In this document: positions 46,320 through 58,952 of the stretch, in pieces
Layout of the letters: the number at the start of each line of letters is the position of its first letter
Position numbering within the stretch: the first letter of the stretch is position 1
Source of the DNA: Octopus sinensis
Lineage: Eukaryota
Length of the DNA stretch: 64,000 nt
Direction of reading: 5' to 3'
Assembly (NCBI RefSeq): GCF_006345805.1
Contig: NC_043011.1
Span: 64,616,464-64,680,463 of the forward strand
Notes under the pieces: generated by a model
Databases searched by the model: none
Told to the model about the DNA's origin: nothing
What the model saw: only the letters and a program-made list of their open reading frames with translations
Program-made: the position numbers and the translations under genes

Positions 46320-49300
46320 AGATTCCGGTGAGAAATCAGAAGATTCAGGTGAGAAACCTGCCCGGGAAGTAAACACAAGTGCAAGTGCTCCTACCAGCAC
46401 CAAAAGCCAAATCCAAAATCATGGAGATGAAGGAGCCAAAAATGAAATAAAAGGAGGAAAACTAAAAGAAGATCAAAAGATGAAACAGCCAAAGAATGAA
46501 AAACTAAATCACAAACAAAACCAAAAGATGAAACAGCCATGTATAGAAGCAAATCTGACTATCCATATACCGAAAAGGATAGAAACAGACAGCGCACACG
46601 TGTTGTGTAACTTCTACTTGAAATGTGTCTGGTGGCATGGAGAGGAAGGTGTAGGCTGCCGTTTTGCACATCAAAGACCCTGCCACATAAACACGAAACA
46701 GGGCAGAAACCAATTACCAAAAGGAAAACGAATGGACCACGCACCACCTGCCCCAAAACGGAGGTATCCAGATATAATGCGTGCTACAAACCGACAAAAT
46801 GTTATTGAAAGGGCAGCTGCTGAACAAGAATCTTTTTTGTGCATGGCACAAAAGATTGTACAGCATCTAACCTGGCTCCAAAAAAATCAAACTCGCCGAT
46901 GGGACTATCCACAATACACAAGACCGCCACGGCAAATAGAATCAAGGTGGACACCGCCGGCAACAGAATACACCTCACCTCAATGTTCCTACTGAACATC
47001 AGAGGACTGCTAGCACACAGTAAAAGGACAAAAATCCCGTTCTTTAGAGACTTTGTGGCATGCAATCAAGCCTTAAACATAGCATGTACGGAAACACACC
47101 TGAAACCGGATATACCACGGTATGTGGTACTACGGACATACAGAAAAGAAAGGAGTCATGGAGGAGTTGCTATGTACATCCATGAGGACCTCACACCTCA
47201 AGTCTTTTGTCATACACAAATTCGGTGTAAGACACACTAATTCTACATATAAGGCAACTTGGTGTAGTTCTGTGTGCTACATATCGCCCTCCAGATGCCC
47301 CAAGCCATGTAGGCAAGTTTGAAGATTGCCTTATAAAAATAGAAGTTCTAGTCACATTAGAACAACACATAAGTGTACTTCTTATGGGAGACTTCAACCT
47401 ACCCAATGTCAGATGGCCCGAGGGCCTTTCTCTCTCAGGAATAACACGATGTGAACAAGGACAGGCGAGGTCCCTCCTGAACCTCATCAACACTCTGTAC
47501 ATGGAGCAAGTAATATTCCAACCAACCAGGGCAGGTAACATATTGGATCTCTGCTTCACAAATAATATGGATATTAACCATAATGTGAAAGTGACACCGA
47601 CACTACTCTCGGAACACATCATGGCAGAGCTGATCATGTACGGGCCAAAGGAAAGCATGGAAATGTAGCCTACAAGAAACTCTCAGAACCTTTCCAGCTT
47701 GAACTTCCATAAGTAAATTGGAAACAAATTGAGAAAGAGATCCTCAAACAAAACTGGCTTGAATGTTTATCCTCGCTAGAGATCGACATGAAACTTCAAT
47801 AATTCATGTATGTAATGCAAGCCATATGCTACAAATGTGTCCCAGAGAGAAAGGCCACTTTACACAAGAGCAAAATCCCAAGAGAGAGGAAAATTCTAAT
47901 GAGACGGCGTAGAAAAGTTTCAAATCGCCTAAACAAACTCTTGGAAATTGAAAATGTTTGCAACTCTCCCATGAAAAAGAAAGAGCAGACAAAGAAGCCT
48001 GGGCTATAGACAACATACAATCTAACCCCAAGCTTTCTACAGGTATGCCAAAGAAACAGCTACGGTGCACTGTAGGATAGGGCCACTCCTTGAAAATGAT
48101 GGCACACTCACAGGAAATCCAGTGAGGTTAAGTGAAATACTAAATGAGCAATTCAAGACTATTTTCCCTCAACCCCTAGGGCATTTTCAATCAGCAATCC
48201 AACTGACTTCTTTACCACTGCAGATATAAAATCAGAGGCAGCAATGATTGATTGCATCAATATAAAGGAAGACGATGTAATAAAGGCTATAGATGAAATG
48301 AAAACAACTCAGCTACTGGCCCCGATGGATTCCCAGCAATTCTTCTAAAAGTATGTAAGAGAGTCCTAGCAAGACCACTGCACTTCCTCTTTCAGAGCTT
48401 CCTTGCAGTTGGCAAACTTCCAAGAAAACTGAAGGAAGGTAAAATATGCCCTATTCGTAAAGGAGGTAGCAGAGCGGAGGCCAAGAACTACAGACCTATC
48501 TCTCTGACCTCACACATCAGCAAGGTTATGGAACGAATAGTCAGAAGGAAACTAATCACCTTCCTTGAAGGAAATGACTTGCTGCCTGACACCCAACATG
48601 GTTTTCGGCCAGGAAGAAGCTGCTTAACTCAGCTCCCACAACACTTTGACTGGGTGCTGAAACGACTGCTCAACCGCTCAAATGTGGAAGTCATATATCT
48701 CGACTTTGCAAATGCCTTTGATAAAGTCGATCATGGAATGATATGCCACAAACTGCGTGATCTTGGCATAGTAGAAAATTTGGGAGAGTGGCTTCATGAC
48801 TTTCTGAAGGATAGAAGTCAGGTGGTAGTAGCCAATGGGGCCACTTCCATTAACACGCAAATAGTGAGCGGTGTTCCGCAAGGCACTGTTCTGTGACCAC
48901 TACTGTTCATAATGGCCCTCTCAGACAGGCCCTCAACCACGCAGAGAGTCACGATCACAAGTTATGCAGATGATACAAGAGGCACAATCAGTGCTAGATC
49001 TGGGTATTTAAATGAGGGATGATGCAACCTTTCATGTGCATGCTGCTAATTTGGCAATGAAATGTAGGCGGCTGACCGGATGGATTCTTAGAATCTTTAG
49101 AACAAGAGATCAGGAAACCATGATGTTCCTTTGGAGGACACTTATCCTAAGCCACTTTGACTATTGCTCTCAGCTATGGTCACTATCCAGTGTCAAGTTA
49201 TTCACAGAACTGGAGGCGATCCAACGAAGCCACTCGAAGAAGATAGCCGCTGCGTAGCATATAAGCTACTGGGAAAGACTCAAGAAATTAAGACTCTATT

Positions 49301-49770
49301 CCTTAGAGCGTAGGCGAGACAGATATGCCATAATATACATCTGTAAGATCCTAGAAGGACTTGTCCCAAACTTTGGCATCGAGATTTACACAAATGCCAG
49401 AACTAGGCGCCACTGCATAGTGCCAAGGACTCCAAATTTGCCATCAAGATGTAGGACAAGATACTGTGATAGCCTGGGCTTCCGAGGCCCACAGCTCTTC
49501 AATATCCTCTCGAAGAACCTAAGAGAACTGCATGGTGTGGATGCAGATGTCTTTAAAATGAAACTGGATCTCTTCTTGTCAGGTGTCCCTGATGAACCAA
49601 CTTCACGGCAGGAGCTGCAGATGATGGCATCTGCATCGAACTCTCTCATGCACAAGATGGCAATTGCTAAAAAGCATTCATGAAGTAAAATCATGTAGCA
49701 ACACCTAATGGCGCTGCCGCAGCACGGCCACAGCTTGTGAGCTGAATCTAAATAAATAAATAAATAACAA
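46320..49770 (+). mobile_element. Decayed near full-length CR1-clade LINE (Cys/His ORF1 remnant, APE endonuclease, RT), (TAAA)n tail
   Basis: LNIRGL, TETHL, GGVA, MGDFNLP, NYRPISLTS, QHGFR.GRSCLTQL, YLDFA.AFDKVDH, SGVPQGTVL and ADDT. Confidence 0.9.
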
Positions 49771-50111
49771 AATAAAAACATTATTTCACATTCAGTTAAG
49801 CATGAAAATGATTAAATTGTATCTAACGTGAATGCGTCTATCGATTGAATATATCAATAAGATTTTATAAGGCAATTAACAATAAAATCTAATTGCTTAT
49901 TCATTCAATTAGGTTCAGTTATTTTGTGATCGCATTGCAAATCCAGGAAAGAAGTTGGAATGAACTAAAGTAATGTCATGAAAATTAATGTAATATATAC
50001 TGACAGTACTTTATTTGTTAATCTGGCAAAGTTCTCGAAAAACCAATAAATGCATGCAGTAAAATTAGAAAACGAACTCAACACCATACTTTCTCTCTCT
50101 CTCTCTACTAG

Positions 50112-50206
50112 CTGATGAGCATGCTAAACAGCATGCTGCTTCTTCGCCCCATCTCGAGACATCACATATCCTAAAATTGGTTCTAATTACATCGGAGTTG
50201 ATTTGA
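50112..50206 (+). pseudogene. Paralog 2, terminal exon D (A-DEHAKQHAASSPHLETSHILKLVLITSELI*)
   Basis: Strong (CT)n-actAG acceptor. 95 nt, the same length as 58858-58952, with AKQ.A..S..L and a hydrophobic tail conserved. Confidence 0.78.
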
Positions 50207-50500
50207 TCGAACACCGCACCGGGTGATTTTAAGAATATGAATAAATGTGTTTTGGTTTCATGCTTGCTATTGTTTCTTGCTTGTGCAACGCTTGCAATAT
50301 TTAAATCTTAATTGAAAACATGGAGAAATTTGAAAAACCCTGCATGCGATACATTTTCGTTGAAATATCCCTTTAATAAAACTATAATTTCACTGTGATA
50401 TTGCTGTTGATTTTTAATTTTTATATCGATGGCAAGAATTGCCTACAAGGAAAGATTACAGCAGCAGGAAAATAATACTGTAATACACGTCTATGAACTG

Positions 50501-50700
50501 ATCTATTATATAAAATCCTTTCTGTCTGCCTGTGTGTGTGTCTTCTAGAACCTCAGGCACCCCCGATCCGATTGCACTCAACTTTGATAAGTAGATACCG
50601 ACGGTATCAGGACGTGTATAAGTCTTGAAAAAATTACAAAAATCCATTCAAGGTGAGAATGCGATCGATAAAGCCGTGGGAACGTGCATTTGTGAATTCG
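50501..50700 (+). mobile_element. Helitron-like 5' terminus
   Basis: A|TCTATTATATAAAA followed by a (CTGT)-like microsatellite, a typical non-autonomous Helitron start. Confidence 0.4.
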
Positions 50701-51410
50701 TTTTTCTTGGAATAGAAAAAAGTCTATCATTTTTTTCTACTTTTGCTGGTGTCTCAAATTTGGGTTAAATCAGTGTTTCTCAAAGGGGAGGCCTACGGAA
50801 AGGTCAGACAAGATGTTTTGAGAAAGTTTGGTTTAAATATTTGACAACTCAGCACCGTCCATTGGACGGGGGGAGGAGTGCATTTTGCCCGCAATATATA
50901 TATTAAATTATATACAGAATATTGTTTCTATAGAGCTGCGTTGACCTAAGAGCAGATCTATATTAATACTAGTGCAGTAGAACAAAGTATGCATGCAGCA
51001 ATTATTCATGTATACATCCATATGTCTACGCAGAGCTGCACAATCGTTTGTATCAAGTATTATTTATGTTATTTATAGCAGTTTTAAAGTTTACATGTAT
51101 GAATACACACACGCACACACACATGCATAAACACATGTATGTATATAAGTGTATGTATATATATCGAGAGAAACATAACGCAGGACTATTGTGCCTTATT
51201 ATCCGTTTCTTTTATGGAGTAATAGAAATCTGGTGTAAATGGGTGTAAATAAATATCATTGAAATCGCTTAACGCGCCGGCGTGTTTCTAGAATTTTCAG
51301 TTCATAGTAATTCCCAAATAATACTGTTAGTACATTATCTAAAATACTGATGCTGATATTTATATGTGAACCCACATACACATATATGCACACCTCTATA
51401 CCAATAGACG

Positions 51411-51467
<57 letters not shown>

Positions 51468-51828
51468 CGATAATTATCGCTATGGGCTCTGTGTGGGCAG
51501 TCATCTAAAAGTTTTTGTTGATCTAGATGCTGACATAATTTCCTTGTTTTTCCTGATGAGAAGGCGGCATAATGCACCCCTTATTCCTTCGAAATTAGGA
51601 ATATGCAGCCTTCGAAACATATGTCGAGAATAAAGGAATTTTGTTAAATCGTCGTTCAACTCCATTCTTTCTTTTGTTTGTATTAAAAAAAACACACAAA
51701 TTTCCACACGAAAGCACTTGATCTCTGCCCTTTGCATGTACTTCAACTGTGTTTTTCTGACGTGAATGTGGTACCCAGGTATCGGTTAATCGAATTATCC
51801 ATACTAAGATAATTCATGCAACTACTTA

Positions 51829-51931
<103 letters not shown>

Positions 51932-52032
51932 GAAATGAGGTAATCATTTCTTCTAATATATAATACCTGTACATCATCTCCAAACCTTCCAATATATATA
52001 TATATATATGTATACATGTATGTATGTATGTA

Positions 52033-52350
52033 TGTCTCGAGCAGATCATCAGAGGCATCGACTGGCAAGGCAGTATCGACATCAATGGCGAGTTCTTCAC
52101 CCACCTCCGTTTCGCTGATGACCTCGTACTCATCGCTGAAACCACGTATAACCGTCAGACCATGCTGACGGAGCTCGACATCAAAAGCTCTGCAGTAAGT
52201 CTCATGATGAACCGCATGAAAACGAAGTTCCAACATATGGAATGGTTATTGGCAGTGCTGAAATATAGGAATTAAAGGAATATGTCTACATGGGACATGA
52301 AGTGAATATGTGCCGAGATACCGAAAAAGGGATCTCACGGACAGTAAGTG
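52033..52350 (+). mobile_element. RTE-clade RT fragment, same family as 39890-40598
   Basis: [25 protein letters not shown]. Confidence 0.85.
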
Positions 52351-52569
52351 CCGCATAGAATTTACCCAACATGGAGCATTATGTTGATCCCACGTAAAAT
52401 TGATACGTTTAATCCGATTTCGTCACGCTTGCCAAATTTATCACTTATGTTCCACAGATTGTTTTACACTCTTTAGATATTTTTACTGATGGCGTAATAT
52501 GGAGTAATGTGGCTTCTAGTGTCAGAGGTCTGGAAAAATCTTGTACTTTGCGAAGTAAGAGTCAGAACT

Positions 52570-52815
52570 TGATAGTCTCCCTTACACAGCAATCATAAAA
52601 AAGGTTCATCCTGGCAACAAGATGCTCTGCAAAAATATCCATGCATACATCAAAGACAGGAACTATGTCAGCCTACGTACAAAGACGATACAATCGGACG
52701 CATCAACACAGTTCACATCCTGATCTCCGAACGTATCCATCTGCGGCACTTAATTCATGCCATTAAGGGACCAACCTCTTTCGACGGCCTACGTGCATTG
52801 GACGGCAAGTTTCGA
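52570..52815 (+). mobile_element. Helitron RepHel fragment
   Basis: TIGRINTVH...ER.HLR.LI..IKGPTSFDGLR..DG matches the IGR..V.P..E.FYLR.LL..V.GPTSF..LRTV.G linker motif. Confidence 0.7.
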
Positions 52816-52914
52816 ATTAAATGTTTTAATTACTGCCAGTGAGGAATAAAATTAATTTATACATACATAAAATACACAAATTTGTGTGTGTGTGTTTGTT
52901 TGTTTGCGTGACGT

Positions 52915-52990
<76 letters not shown>

Positions 52991-54431
52991 TGTGCGTGCG
53001 TGCGTGCAATTGTTTACGGGACTTTGTGTGTTTTCTCATAATACGTACAGGATTTTCTAATTTGCAGAGAAGGGAACACTTACTGGAGATTTGGTGACCG
53101 AGGAGCAATCCCTCGTGGCAGAATATGAGTAGTAATTTCTTTGATCCCACTGAATCTGTCAAATTTTCCCCGCTATTTCTAGCTTAATAAAATGATATAC
53201 TTTGCCAGAAAAAAATATAACAATATGTCTCGTGAGGAAGAAGTAGTAGTTTAAATATATTTTATAGGTTATGAAAATTACATAAATATAATACATGAAT
53301 TTGTCACGTAATAAAATGGAAAAGTCACTTATGTTCGGTGACTAATAACTCCCTGCCACTGTCACGGCTTTTCTACAAATACAGTATACAGAATATATCT
53401 TCATTCATTTCTTCATCGAGTGAATGTTTCACTTCTTAACTACATTGTTATTTTATGTAAGTAGATATAATTTCGTCACGTTCTTTGAACACTTACTGCA
53501 CTAACACATGCAAACACAAAGATATATGCTCTCACATACACAAACCCATATACCCATGCACACTTATATACATATAGGCACACATGTATGTATACACAAA
53601 TATCTCGTTTTGGCAACTAACTCGCCTTCGATTTGCTGTTCTTTTCCTGTGCCTTTCTCTTTGTTTCTTCTATTGGAAACATTACACACTCATATATGTT
53701 CATATGAGCATTTTCTTATATTCTTACAACATACGTTCAATCTTTCAGGGATCTCTATAGGTACTCATGCGTGCATAACTTATTTCTGATCACTATATTG
53801 AATTCATGTAATATTATTTCCATCATCTGTTCTTCTTCATGTACAAAAATAAACATGGTTGTAAGTCATAGAATTGACAAAGTGTAGTTTTCTTAACTCT
53901 TGAACTCTACTTCTCGTTGCACCAGCTGCTGTTTAATCTTCCGTTGTCTTCCCTATAATTAAGAAATATTACAGTCTTCTAAAATATTACTGGTAGCCTT
54001 AAATTATTATTCAATGAGATATTTATTTAGTCCCGTTTAAGCAAAATTTATACTGTGGTAGAAGTTTGCCCCTAAGAATTCCTCTGTATGTCTTTCACAT
54101 ACTTCATCTGGCATATTTCATTGATGTGTATTATTTCAGCCGAGTGAGTAACATTCCCTGTTCCGGACCAGTGAGTTGAAGAGCGAAACATCGCAGCAAA
54201 GCATCTACTTACCTATCTGCAGACACAAAATTACCTCAGGAATCCTGCGACAAGCGTTCCTGGAAGGTATTCAAAACTTTGGCAATCTGCGATAAATATT
54301 TGGCACTAAATCCCGTGTAACATACTGCTGAATATACTCATACATCTGTGTTTCGAACCAACACAAGTGACCAACAACACGGGGCAAATAAATCATATTA
54401 GTTCTACTGGCTTGACGCAAGATTTTATACA

Positions 54432-54600
54432 GAAAATATTTTAGATTATTTACATTGTTTACAATTGACGGATATTTGCCCACTTCTTGTTTGTTGTTAG
54501 GAGAATGTTTCGGCTGATATACCACCCAGCCTTCGTCTTGGGGAAATTTCGAACCTGGGCTTTGATTCCTAAGGTATTTTTCGATGTTGTTGTTGCTGTG

Positions 54601-54636
<36 letters not shown>

Positions 54637-54824
54637 ATCATGATTATTATTATTCAGGTCACTGCCAGGAATTGAACTTCGAATCTTGGTGTTAGAAGCA
54701 CACGCTCTTAACCACTACGCCATATGCCAAATAGCATATGACGTTGTGGTTCAAAGCGCGGGCTACTAGCACCAAGGTTCCGAGTTCGATTTCAGGCAGG
54801 GACCTGAATAATAATAATCATGAT

Positions 54825-54871
<47 letters not shown>

Positions 54872-55160
54872 GAAGAAGAAGAAGAAGAAGAAGAATAAAA
54901 GAAGAAGAAAAAGAAAAAAAAAAGAAGAAGAAGAAGAAGAAGAAGAACAACAACAACAACAACAACATCGAAAAATACATTAGGAATGAGAACCCAGGTT
55001 CGAAATTTCCCCAAGACACCTGATGAAGGCTGGGTGGTATATCAGCCGAAACATAGTGCTAACAACAAGCAAGAAGTGGACAAATATCCGTCAATTGTAA
55101 ACAATGTAATTAACGTACATAATTCCTCATCTCTTAAATATAGAACAGGAAAATATTTTG
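54432..55160. mobile_element. Head-to-head pair of tRNA-head / (AAT)n / hammerhead-tail elements (SINE-like, Penelope-type tail)
   Basis: Diverged inverted arms centred on catatgc-caaata-gcatatg (54721-54740). Left arm on the minus strand has A box TGGCGTAGTGG (54712-22) and B box GTTCAATTC (54669-77). Both arms continue through (AAT)n into the same ~160-nt tail. Confidence 0.8.
55015..55060 (+). ncRNA. Minimal type I hammerhead ribozyme motif (family P1)
   Basis: gacac-CTGATGA-A-ggctg/ggtggtatat/cagcc-GAAA-c-ATA-gtgct. Stem II is a perfect 5 bp. Stem I has one mismatch and the stem III ACGT has decayed to ACAT. Confidence 0.75.
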
Positions 55161-55700
55161 CTACTAAACAATTGAGGAATGAGTGGGCGAACACGCAGTG
55201 ATGAGAGCAGAATAGAAATTGTAGAAAGTCAGAATGGACATTTAGGAATAAGCGATTAGAATGCTCGCACTCATAATGGAGGGAAAATTCCAGAAAGTAA
55301 CAACACCATACAATTGTAACAATAATATTATATACATAAACTCATAACAATTTGAAGTTCACAACAACAATTGCAACAAGATTAGAAATTATAATACACA
55401 ATGCTACAGGTTTTGATCTCATTCCTCTCCTCAAAGATTCCAAACACGGCACTCCCAATTCAAATTAAAATCATATTTAGAATATTGGAAGTTTTCAATG
55501 TATTTTTCTATGTAAGATTTTCCATATTAGAAATATTTTATAAAAATGCATTTGAATAGTGTACCTGAATATTTGTTTCAAAATTTAAGACAATAGTAAT
55601 AAAATGTGTTTGTATTCAATTCAAAGGAGTCACGCCATTAAGAATTTCGAACGACTCTAGGATATTTCAATTGGAAGTGAGAATGACTCGTGTAACAACG

Positions 55701-55734
55701 ATGAAATATTGTTTATGTATTCTTCTCTTTGTTC
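55701..55734 (+). CDS. Paralog 3, coding exon A (MKYCLCILLFV, signal peptide)
   Basis: AACG-ATG, hydrophobic codons and donor TTC|GTAAGT; phase 1. The homologous upstream acceptor position reads AA rather than AG. Confidence 0.82.
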
Positions 55735-56662
55735 GTAAGTAACGTGAAATGTCATTCATAAATTATTTTATGCACAATATATGATTCCGTTCTCTTCTTT
55801 CTCTCCATATAAGTGTGTAATTATATATAATTATAAATATATATGTGTTTGTATGTGTTATTGTGTGTGGGAGTATGTCTGTGCATGTATATGTGTGTGT
55901 GTGTATGTGTGTATTTGTGTGGTTGGGCGAGTGTGTATATTTGTATATCACAAATACTATCGTCATCTCCGCCTAAGCGAAGACGGAGTTGTCTTGGCGG
56001 GATTTGCGCTCTCTAAGTGCTTTTGTTCATATTTTAATGAATAATCTGGGAAGAGAAGTTATAAAAGTTGTCATTTATTTCTTCTTTTTCTTTTGTAGAT
56101 CATAAACTTTTCGGTCTCTCTTTGCTAGTTTTTTTTTTTGTATAATGAAAAAATGCAATTTTCAAACTAATATTGTGGCACTAAAAAAATTGCAAATTCA
56201 ACCCAAAACGAACTTTAAATAGAATCATCCTTCAAAGTTATAACCCTAGGCGAATGTATGGCTATGTTTTCAAAAAACTTCCTCTTCATTAACATGGTGG
56301 AAGATTGGGAAACACTACGTCGTATCGTGGTTCAGTTCCCTCTATTACATCAAGAGACCGATGAATAAAATTGGAGATAGTGGAAAATGAAACAAACCTA
56401 TTTTACACATATGTATCTGTGTGCCTTTCCCATAGTACAGATTCAGCGACCAGCTTACATATTGTCTGCTGGTTCATTGGAAGCACCATAATTTAGTGTT
56501 TCTGAAATATAGATACATCACATGAGTGCCATGTAGGAATGTATTTGTTGTGCTATACCCACAAAGCCAATACCAAAGTAACGACGATTCTCCAATGAGT
56601 GAAATAAATACAACGATAAAAAATATGTCCATAGAATAAATTATAACATCTTTAATTTACAG

Positions 56663-56777
56663 ATGTTGCAGTATCAGAATTAAGTGAATATTGCTACGAA
56701 TTGGGAAAGAAATATTGCTATAATGGTATGAGATGGTATCCTATACCAACTCATAAAAACGACACATACTATTGCAA
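56663..56777 (+). CDS. Paralog 3, coding exon B (H-VAVSELSEYCYELGKKYCYNGMRWYPIPTHKNDTYYC)
   Basis: Acceptor ctttaatttacAG and donor CAA|GTATGT. Phase 1 to 2, C-x7-C-x18-C, with an N-D-T sequon. Confidence 0.82.
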
Positions 56778-58254
56778 GTATGTTCGATTCTTTATAAAGA
56801 AAATTTTCACATTTTTAAAAATTGAATTTATAAATATATATATTTATCATGATCGAAAAATGCATTGTAAATAAACAACGAGGGATAAAGGACGTATGCT
56901 ATACTGAGCGTAAAACCAATGGGAGAGAGAAAATTAAGGTCCCTAATTCATCATCAGTTATGAACCAAAACACAGCGAAGTATTCACTCTTATCGTTAAT
57001 GTAGCGAAACTGAGAATTAACGCTTTGGTTGGTAACTGATGACGAATTAGGGGCGCTCTGTTCGTATCCTCCGTCCGGATGTACACTCAGTATAAGTATA
57101 TGTTACTATGCGTCATTTATTTGCAATGCGTTTTTCCATCTATTTAATGACGATGCGCAAAGAAATAACGAGTTTTATTAGAAGTAAGATTATATATATA
57201 TTCATATCTACCTGTTATTTATGTATTTAAGGCAAGGAGCTGGGTGAATCTTTAGCACACTTGGCAAAAAAGCTCATCATTTCGTCCGTCTTCACAATCG
57301 TAGAGCACATTCTGTCGACTGCGACTTTGTCTTTTATCTTCTCTGGGTCAAAATAATAATTACCACCTGAACACTGATGTGGATGTAATCAACTCTCAAT
57401 CAACATATTCCAAACTATTTAATGATCCATTCAATCTTAGATCCACTTTTAGCGATAATTTGTTTACAGAGTTTTAGTCCAGACTGTTGAAACCAAAAGA
57501 AGCCAGGCAAGGATTTTGTTTACGACAACAAATTTTCACCTCACCTGTATTCGAATACAGCAATTAGCGGGTAGGAACATTTAACCAGATTAAAAATTAC
57601 AGACCTGCAAATTCTTCTGTAAACATATCGATGTAATATAAATAATAGCTTAATGTATTGGCTCAAGGTCAGGAATTCCTATGCTACCAAATCTCACCGA
57701 TTACATTGACGACGGGACATGAACTGAAAGAGCAGATATCATGTTGATCTTCACATCCTTGAACCTCTGAAAGTAGAAAGCCAGACGAAATATTACTATG
57801 CAAATATTTCCAAAGCTCGAATAATCCTACAAGTACATCACCATTAGATAAATATGACAAATATTTCCTCTTACTTGAGGCACGACGCCTAAAGCTGGGG
57901 GGGGGGGCTAATGGATTATATCGACTGAGTGTTCAAATGATAATATACAGTTTAACTCAGGACGAAAAGGCTGCTGAGCATTTTGTCCAGCGTGCAAACA
58001 ATTGTACCAGCACGTGACCTTCAATTTGAAGTTATTGAATTAAAACCATGGGATTGAATAAATAATCCGTAAGTAAACCATGCACAATGATACCAACTAT
58101 ATTAGAATATGTCATATCAAATGTATGACTTCGATATCGTGTTATTAAAAGTAAATAACTGCTATTTTACATTAGATACGTTAAACAATATGCATAGAAT
58201 ATTATTCCATGGCATATATTATAATTTTATTGCCAAATTTATTTTTGCTCTTAG

Positions 58255-58343
58255 TCGAATAAATATGTTCCATAGCTGTTTTAAAGGAAAGTTCGGGGAG
58301 TGTACTAACTTATTCGACAACATATATAACAAGGAAAAATGTG
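58255..58343 (+). CDS. Paralog 3, coding exon C (N-RINMFHSCFKGKFGECTNLFDNIYNKEKC)
   Basis: Acceptor atttttgctcttAG and donor TGTG|GTAAGA. Phase 2 to 1; contained in track ORF 58109-58429. Confidence 0.85.
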
Positions 58344-58857
58344 GTAAGAGATTTTCATTACATATTATAGTATTACAAGAAATAATGTTTCAAAGGATCA
58401 AATACATACAATCGTTATTTTGCACTTAATTTTATTACCTAATATTCCCGTGAACAACTATTTTTATTGAATGGAACTACTATCGGCAATAAAATGGGGT
58501 TTTTTAATGTTATACTTATCAGTTAATAATTCTCGTTCCCTTAAGCATAATTATAATCACTGTCTATATTGCTAGAATGTATGAATATTGTATGTGATTG
58601 TAGGTATTTATAATGTTATGAGCAATAAAATATAAATTTGTTAAATTGAATCAATGGTTAAATAGTAACTTTTGTTAATTTGCAAATCCATAGTAGTTGA
58701 GAATGTACCCAATTGAGGACAGGAAACTTAAAATAATAAATACTTACATTTCTTTCTTTTTACATGACGGTTTTATTAGCAGTTGTTGGAAAGCCCATAA
58801 ATATAAACCAAAAAATAAAACAAAGTAACTGTGCACCGTATTTTCTGTTTATTCTAG

Positions 58858-58952
58858 GTGATGTAATGGCTAAACAGAATGCTCCTCCTTCCTTCCGCCT
58901 TCAGTCAACATGGCTCCTATCGTTGTTTCTAATAATATCGGTATTGCTGTGA
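58858..58952 (+). CDS. Paralog 3, terminal exon D (G-DVMAKQNAPPSFRLQSTWLLSLFLIISVLL*), GPI-signal-like tail
   Basis: Acceptor tttctgtttattctAG. In frame with exons A-C (34+115+89+95 = 333 nt, 110 aa plus stop). Polar spacer followed by 13 terminal hydrophobic residues. Confidence 0.82.

Noticed and set aside
50112-50140. CTGATGA followed by a perfect gcatgct/agcatgc hairpin, resembling a hammerhead
   Set aside because: No GAAA or stem I/III. The sequence is explained as codons DEHAKQHA of paralog 2 exon D.
50237-50311. Signal-peptide-like micro-ORF MNKCVLVSCLLLFLACATLAIFKS*
   Set aside because: It stops after 24 codons, has no donor site, and lies in the presumptive 3' UTR of paralog 2.
53068-53132. 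Open phase-1 segments after good acceptors at 53068 and 62654-62730 as alternative soluble last exons
   Set aside because: No homology to each other or to the family. Short open frames after AG are expected by chance.
54661-54800. Functional tRNA genes
   Set aside because: The acceptor and anticodon stems do not pair properly and the sequences run into (AAT)n, so they are SINE-type heads.
57035-57065. CTGATGA-cgaa...ttcg as a hammerhead
   Set aside because: No GAAA after the stem and no stem I.
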